DNA from: Craspedostauros australis
Taxonomy: Eukaryota
Direction of reading: 5' to 3'
Length of the DNA: 38,741 nt
Assembly (NCBI GenBank): GCA_030167865.1
Contig: JALAGF010003079.1
Coordinates: 1 to 38,741 of the forward strand
Below are positions 33,869 to 38,741 of the stretch, in pieces. Within the stretch, counting starts at the first letter, position 1; each line of letters starts with the position of its first letter. The position numbers and the translations under genes were made by a program. Below the pieces are notes generated by a model. That model was not told the origin of the DNA and made no database searches. It was given only the letters and a program-made list of their open reading frames with translations.

Positions 33869-36526
33869 ATGACGAACGAACAAGACGTGATCGACAGTCC
33901 TGACTTTCTCTTGACCCATCACTTTTCGACCATCGGGATTGGCGATGTGTTCCTGGATCCACCCGATCATCCGTTGTTGGGCCAATACCTAGTCAAGGCG
34001 GGAGATGCCGACTCAGCCGCAGCTTCAGATCCAAGCTTCGACTCGTGGGAGGTTCACGGCGTGATGAAGACAACGCCCGAGGATTTCATCGTCTCGGAAG
34101 TTGCAGCAGCGGACCGAACGATTCCGGGATTGAGCACAGAGAGCTGTCGTCTGGTGGCACGTGCGAGGGAGGCATTTGAATTGACCGAATTGGTGGAACA
34201 ATCATTCGATTCAGATGCATCGACATCGCGAGGAGCGAAGGCAGATGGTGAACAAGCGCCGACGAAGGCGGAGCATGACGTGAAAGCAGAGGAGACCAAG
34301 CAATTTTCATCCTTGCGAGAGTGTTTGACTGAGGTGTTCTCTCCAACCATTATTTCGAATAGTGATGCACACGCTGCGAGTAGCACTACGAACAGCGTTT
34401 CTGCAGAAGATGGGGGCGATACTGCAGAGGATAAACCCACCACAATGTCACGCGTGGATGAGATCCTGCAGCAATTGCAGGTGCTGCACCAAAGGAAGCT
34501 CGATCAACTCTCATCTTCGTCGAGTACGCAGAACATGGAAGTTGAAGAATCCAAAGATCTGTCTCATACCGCACCAATCAGCATCCCGTCTCTGCCAAAT
34601 TCAAAAGATGCCGACAAGGCCAGCAACAGCGCCATTCGAGATTGGAGAAGGCAGATCCACAAGTATCTCAAGGAAGAGTTCCCGCTTCTCAAATCCAAAA
34701 CAGGCGAAACCGATGGTCCAGATGGAAGCAAGCAGCAGATCATCAATATCACGATCGATGGCGACTACGATCAGCTCGTTCCATTCTTACTGTTCTGCAG
34801 CGAAGACTTGCAGCAATTCGCAATCTTCCGATTACGAGGTGCCAATTATGTCCCACCTTTGGCGCAGGCCACAACGGCACCTCAAGAGCCTCCGCAGGCA
34901 TCGCCCTTGCCAACGCCCACACCACAAAAAGAAGGCAAACGACATCGCGATGGCAGAATGAAGGGAGGAGGAAAGGGAAACTCGCGAAACACCGCGATTC
35001 TGAGGCTGAGGCCCAACTTGGATAAAGGTGAGCGCCGTCAGATCCATTCAATCATCTCAGATATCTGCCGTGACTTTCACACGGGCACCGACACCAACTA
35101 CCCCATTCCATCTGTCGCATCAACCAATCCCAACGGGAAAACACAAACTCAGGCAACGACCACAGCGATCACCGTGCAATGGTCGAGACAGGCCGTCCAA
35201 AAGGCACGCAAAAAGGCGAGGAAGAATGGACCACAGAACCATTCACAGCAACCGAGCGACGCGAATCCGAATTGCCTCTGCGTCATGAAAAAGCGCCAAA
35301 CGGAGCACCTGACCGCAATTCAAGCAATGTCCCAAGCATTTAAATGCCGTCCATCTGACATTGGCTTGGCGGGCATCAAGGACATGCAGGCCATCACGTA
35401 TCAATTTTGCACATTTCAGAGGAAGAGTCCCATCCGAATACACAACAACCGCAATGCGTTGCATTCCAACATCCAAGTCAAGCCCTTGTACAAGGTACCC
35501 TGGGCATTGAATAATGGCGAGTTGCACGGCAATGCATTCGAAATTACCGTCCGCAATCTGCGGCGCATTCATGTGGACTCTTCTCACAACGAAACCTACC
35601 GACCTTGTTCTGAATCGCATCTGTGCAGCATGCACCAGCGCATAGTCAAGCACGGATTCATCAATTTCTTCGGAGATCAACGTGTCGGCACACCAGGTCC
35701 GACCGGATTCCGCGGTTGCGATATTGGGCGACTCATGTTGCAAGGCAAATTCAACGAGGCCATGGATTGCGTCCTTCGTGGTCGGACGGTGTCTTCAAAC
35801 GGCAGCACCGATATCCCCAAATTCCGTCAGATCTGGATTCACACGCAAGGTGACTGGCATGCCACATTGCGCGCCATGCCGCGATCGCGTGGTCACAGTT
35901 TTCCTCGTGAACGCGCCATCTTGAAAGGGCTGCAGCGGTACGGTAAGGACCGGCCGTTGGAAGTAATCCGGTGCGTCAACTACGGCATGCGGATGCTCTG
36001 GATCCATGCCTACCAATCCTTCGTTTGGAACCGCGTCGCGACGCAGCGGATCCAACGGTTTGGAACGGCGGTGATGGAAGGTGATCTGTATTACGATTCT
36101 GTCCGGCAGGTGAAAGTGGTGGGGCAAGACACGCCCAAAAGCGAGGTCGCATTTCCCCAAATCATTCTACCTGTACCTGGATTCAACGTCCAGTATCCCC
36201 GGAACGAAATCGGCGATGTCTACAAAGAGATCCTCGAAAAGGATGGGGTAGAATTCGTCAAGGATAAACCAGCCGAATCCACAGCCAAGGGTGGCTATCG
36301 GTCCCTCATTTGCATGCCGACGAATATGGAAGTGGAATGCTTGAAATCGATGACAGGAGCTGCTGTGAATGATGACGATGCTGCTGCGGGAGTAGATGCA
36401 GTGAAACTCAGCTTTGAATTGCAGAAAGGATCCTACGCGACCATGATGCTGCGCGAATTCATGGTCAAGACCGCAACGCGAACCTTGCCAACGAAGGACG
36501 AAAGAGAGTCGAAAGATGCAGCATAG
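33869..36526 (+). CDS. PUS7: TruD-family pseudouridine synthase (PUS7/PUS7L-like)
   Basis: GVMKTTPEDFIVSEV, catalytic GLAGIKDMQAITYQ, GELHGNAFEITVR, FINFFGDQRVG, HAYQSFVWN, GGYRSL, FELQKGSYATMMLREFM. Confidence 0.93.
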   Translation: MTNEQDVIDSPDFLLTHHFSTIGIGDVFLDPPDHPLLGQYLVKAGDADSAAASDPSFDSWEVHGVMKTTPEDFIVSEVAAADRTIPGLSTESCRLVARAREAFELTELVEQSFDSDASTSRGAKADGEQAPTKAEHDVKAEETKQFSSLRECLTEVFSPTIISNSDAHAASSTTNSVSAEDGGDTAEDKPTTMSRVDEILQQLQVLHQRKLDQLSSSSSTQNMEVEESKDLSHTAPISIPSLPNSKDADKASNSAIRDWRRQIHKYLKEEFPLLKSKTGETDGPDGSKQQIINITIDGDYDQLVPFLLFCSEDLQQFAIFRLRGANYVPPLAQATTAPQEPPQASPLPTPTPQKEGKRHRDGRMKGGGKGNSRNTAILRLRPNLDKGERRQIHSIISDICRDFHTGTDTNYPIPSVASTNPNGKTQTQATTTAITVQWSRQAVQKARKKARKNGPQNHSQQPSDANPNCLCVMKKRQTEHLTAIQAMSQAFKCRPSDIGLAGIKDMQAITYQFCTFQRKSPIRIHNNRNALHSNIQVKPLYKVPWALNNGELHGNAFEITVRNLRRIHVDSSHNETYRPCSESHLCSMHQRIVKHGFINFFGDQRVGTPGPTGFRGCDIGRLMLQGKFNEAMDCVLRGRTVSSNGSTDIPKFRQIWIHTQGDWHATLRAMPRSRGHSFPRERAILKGLQRYGKDRPLEVIRCVNYGMRMLWIHAYQSFVWNRVATQRIQRFGTAVMEGDLYYDSVRQVKVVGQDTPKSEVAFPQIILPVPGFNVQYPRNEIGDVYKEILEKDGVEFVKDKPAESTAKGGYRSLICMPTNMEVECLKSMTGAAVNDDDAAAGVDAVKLSFELQKGSYATMMLREFMVKTATRTLPTKDERESKDAA

Positions 36527-36727
36527 GCTCTCTCCAGAGAGGGATCGCTGGTAGTGCAGTTCCACAAGGACGGAGGAGTCGGGATGGAAGAGAGCCAGCT
36601 GTTCCAAAGGATGACATGGTTCCTCCTTGTCCTGCTCTGAATCGTTACCTTGCCACTCCGGTAAAGCTAACCTCGATCGTTTTCATCTCGTTGCGTCTCT
36701 TCGAATAACAGTCGAGCATTACTTTGA

Positions 36728-37927
36728 TCAGATCATACTTTTATTCTGCTCCATGTCCAACAAAGCACGGCACATGTCCGACATGGTATCTTCCACTGAC
36801 CGCAATTCTACGCCAAGCTCTTCCTTCAGACGCTGCTCAGCATCCACCTCCTGCTCTCCAATAGGAATGGAACCACCCGCGAATTCCGCATCGAACGTGA
36901 TACTGTCGGCATTGCCCACGCCCTGTTCCACACAAACGCGTCTCAAGGCTTCCGCCGTCGCTTGGGACGTGACGCGAGCATCGCGCGATACGATGTACCG
37001 CTGCCCCAGGATCTGTTGCCGTCCCGCACGCACATGCGCCAGTGCCACATCGCGAACATCCACGCACAGCCGGCTCTGCACCTGCGATTCACCCTTGGAC
37101 CATTGTCGCACCAACGTGATGGAATAGGAACTGGTCGACAGTCCACCCGGCGGTGGCCCGAACACGAAGGCCGGGCAGATGGTGGTCATGGCAACGCCCA
37201 GTTCCTTGGCGATGTCCCAAGCACGCTGTTCCGATTGCGCCTTGGACCATTGGTAGCTGGATCCCCAGTTGTCGCCCAAGTTGGAAATCGTGTTCCAGTC
37301 CTTGTTCGTGTAGCATTTGCCGTTGAGCGGGATCTGGCCAGATCCCCGCACAGCTGCCATGGAGGATGTGAGAACGAGCTTGCAGTTTGGGAATTGGCCG
37401 ACCGTTCGGACCAAGTCTTCCGTACCTTTCACATTCTCGTTGGCTGTTTGCACATGATCCTTGGTCGGTCCGAACGAGGATGCGATGTGATACACACAAA
37501 TGTCGGTGGCGTCCTCCTCACCATCACCATCACCATCATTGTTTGTTTTTGCAGCATACACCTGTTCCAGCGCCTTTTGGATGGAGGCGCCGCCATCCAA
37601 CATGTCGTATGGCAGGACGTGGATGGAGCTCGATCTGGTGCTCCAATACTCGGCCTCTTCCGCAATTCGCCGCTCTCGCACCAGGCAGTAGATGGTGTGG
37701 TGTCCATCTTCGCTGTCGTTGCTTCCCTCGAGATCTTCCCTGTCTGTCTCGAGAAGGGACTCCACCACCGCACGTCCGACGTAGCCGTTGGCACCGGTGA
37801 CCACAGACACCGTCTTCTGCTTCGCATTGAATGCCAACGATTGTGCTGATGGGAGGCATGCTACGCCCAGTAGTATTTGCACGATAATGATGCCACTGAG
37901 TGCGGCTCTGGTGACTCGGTACACCAT
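36728..37927 (-). CDS. NAD-dependent epimerase/dehydratase, extended SDR (dihydroflavonol/cinnamoyl-CoA reductase-like), with signal peptide
   Basis: VVTGANGYVG, HIAS, VLTSSMAAV, catalytic YQWSK, CPAFVFGP, CVDVRDVALAH. The ATG at 37927 is followed by a hydrophobic signal and SLA-F. Confidence 0.9.
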   Translation of the reverse strand: MVYRVTRAALSGIIIVQILLGVACLPSAQSLAFNAKQKTVSVVTGANGYVGRAVVESLLETDREDLEGSNDSEDGHHTIYCLVRERRIAEEAEYWSTRSSSIHVLPYDMLDGGASIQKALEQVYAAKTNNDGDGDGEEDATDICVYHIASSFGPTKDHVQTANENVKGTEDLVRTVGQFPNCKLVLTSSMAAVRGSGQIPLNGKCYTNKDWNTISNLGDNWGSSYQWSKAQSEQRAWDIAKELGVAMTTICPAFVFGPPPGGLSTSSYSITLVRQWSKGESQVQSRLCVDVRDVALAHVRAGRQQILGQRYIVSRDARVTSQATAEALRRVCVEQGVGNADSITFDAEFAGGSIPIGEQEVDAEQRLKEELGVELRSVEDTMSDMCRALLDMEQNKSMI

Positions 37928-38329
37928 GGTCAATTTTGCTTTGCAGTTGGTTTGCGATTGGTTGATCTTGTGTGGAATTGATGTGAGATGGAGTGAAGTG
38001 AAGTGAAATGTTGGGGAAGGATGGGTATGGGATTGCTCACAAATTGCGTGAGTGACGGAAGGGAGCGATGGGGGGCAAAAATGGAAAGGACAAATCTTGG
38101 CCATGGCGTTTGTGTGGTTGTGGTGGAACTTCATCCCAAAGTCTACGCGATGAAAGATAGAGATCGCGATACTCCACGAGAGCGAGAAGGTGACGACATA
38201 CTCTAACTCGTACCAGACTCGAACGAGACAACGATGGTTTACAACAACCGGATCATTGTTGATATTTGCACCCAAGTGTTAAATGTTATCCTATGCATAT
38301 CGAATTGCGTTTACGTCGTCATAATAGTC

Positions 38330-38741
38330 CGCTTCGTCATTCATTCTCCGCCTCCGTCTCCATTCCACCATCACCACCAATCATCAGCCATCTCGATGCG
38401 GCAGTGCCACGCACACCAACAACTGCGCCTTTCGTCTTCCATCACTCGTACATACTAGAGTACATACTAGTACATACTATTCCAGCTTCCAATCCCCAAT
38501 CGCTGCGGGACAACCACACAGCTCACCATCTGGACACAATTGGTCCCCACGCGTCGCGCTGAGGCCTCGTGTGTTCACTGTAGCAATCATACGAGAACAG
38601 TGACTCCTCCGGGCTCCTCAGAATGCACGACTTGTCAGCAACATACGGAGTGTACATACCAGGAGGGACTTGCTCACAGTCTCGAGCAACGTCACTTTCT
38701 CGACGTGCCACACAGTACAGTCGATTCATGCCAAGCGGGCG
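38330..38741 (-). repeat. Right arm of long-range inverted repeat (runs off the window)
   Basis: Reverse complement matches 2638-3037 at about 96% identity. Confidence 0.98.
38523..38741 (-). CDS. 3' end (72 codons plus stop) of a second, inverted copy of the NTPase/nuclease-like gene; partial
   Basis: RPLGMNRLYCVARRESDVARDCEQVPPGMYTPYVADKSCILRSPEESLFSYDCYSEHTRPQRDAWGPIVSRW*: 61 of 72 residues identical to the C-terminus of 13-2856, same TGA. Intactness upstream is not visible. Confidence 0.85.
   Translation of the reverse strand, partial: RPLGMNRLYCVARRESDVARDCEQVPPGMYTPYVADKSCILRSPEESLFSYDCYSEHTRPQRDAWGPIVSRW

Noticed and set aside
7734-36526. Cluster of RNA-processing genes (DDX6, ELP4, CDC40, PUS7)
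   Set aside because: They belong to different pathways, are interspersed with unrelated genes, and are compatible with chance in a compact genome.

Overview
Gene-dense eukaryotic nuclear DNA, most likely from a diatom or related ochrophyte (GT-AG introns of about 190-370 nt; many N-termini with a signal peptide followed by an 'A-F' ASAFAP-type plastid-targeting motif). Fourteen ordinary genes lie between 3077 and 37927: HAD hydrolase, a spliced GST-HINT fusion, DDX6/Dhh1, class-3 lipase, proline iminopeptidase-like hydrolase, glycosyltransferase, J-like protein, ELP4, SLC10A7/BASS4-type transporter, DUF3506 (EXECUTER-like) protein, CDC40/PRP17, atypical SDR, PUS7/TruD and a DFR/CCR-like epimerase. 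This 35.3-kb block is bracketed by two inverted, tail-to-tail copies of an intronless gene. The left copy (1/13-2856) encodes a P-loop NTPase-like region plus a candidate PD-(D/E)xK nuclease, a Crinkler/RHS-like architecture. The right copy (38523-38741, minus strand) is cut by the window edge. The copies are about 96% identical over 400 bp and share a sharp 3' boundary. All 12 coding substitutions between them fall at codon positions 1-2, and 10 fall in a 14-codon C-terminal hotspot. This is the best candidate for an undescribed multicopy, mobile or diversifying system. All family assignments come from motif recognition by eye, not database searches.
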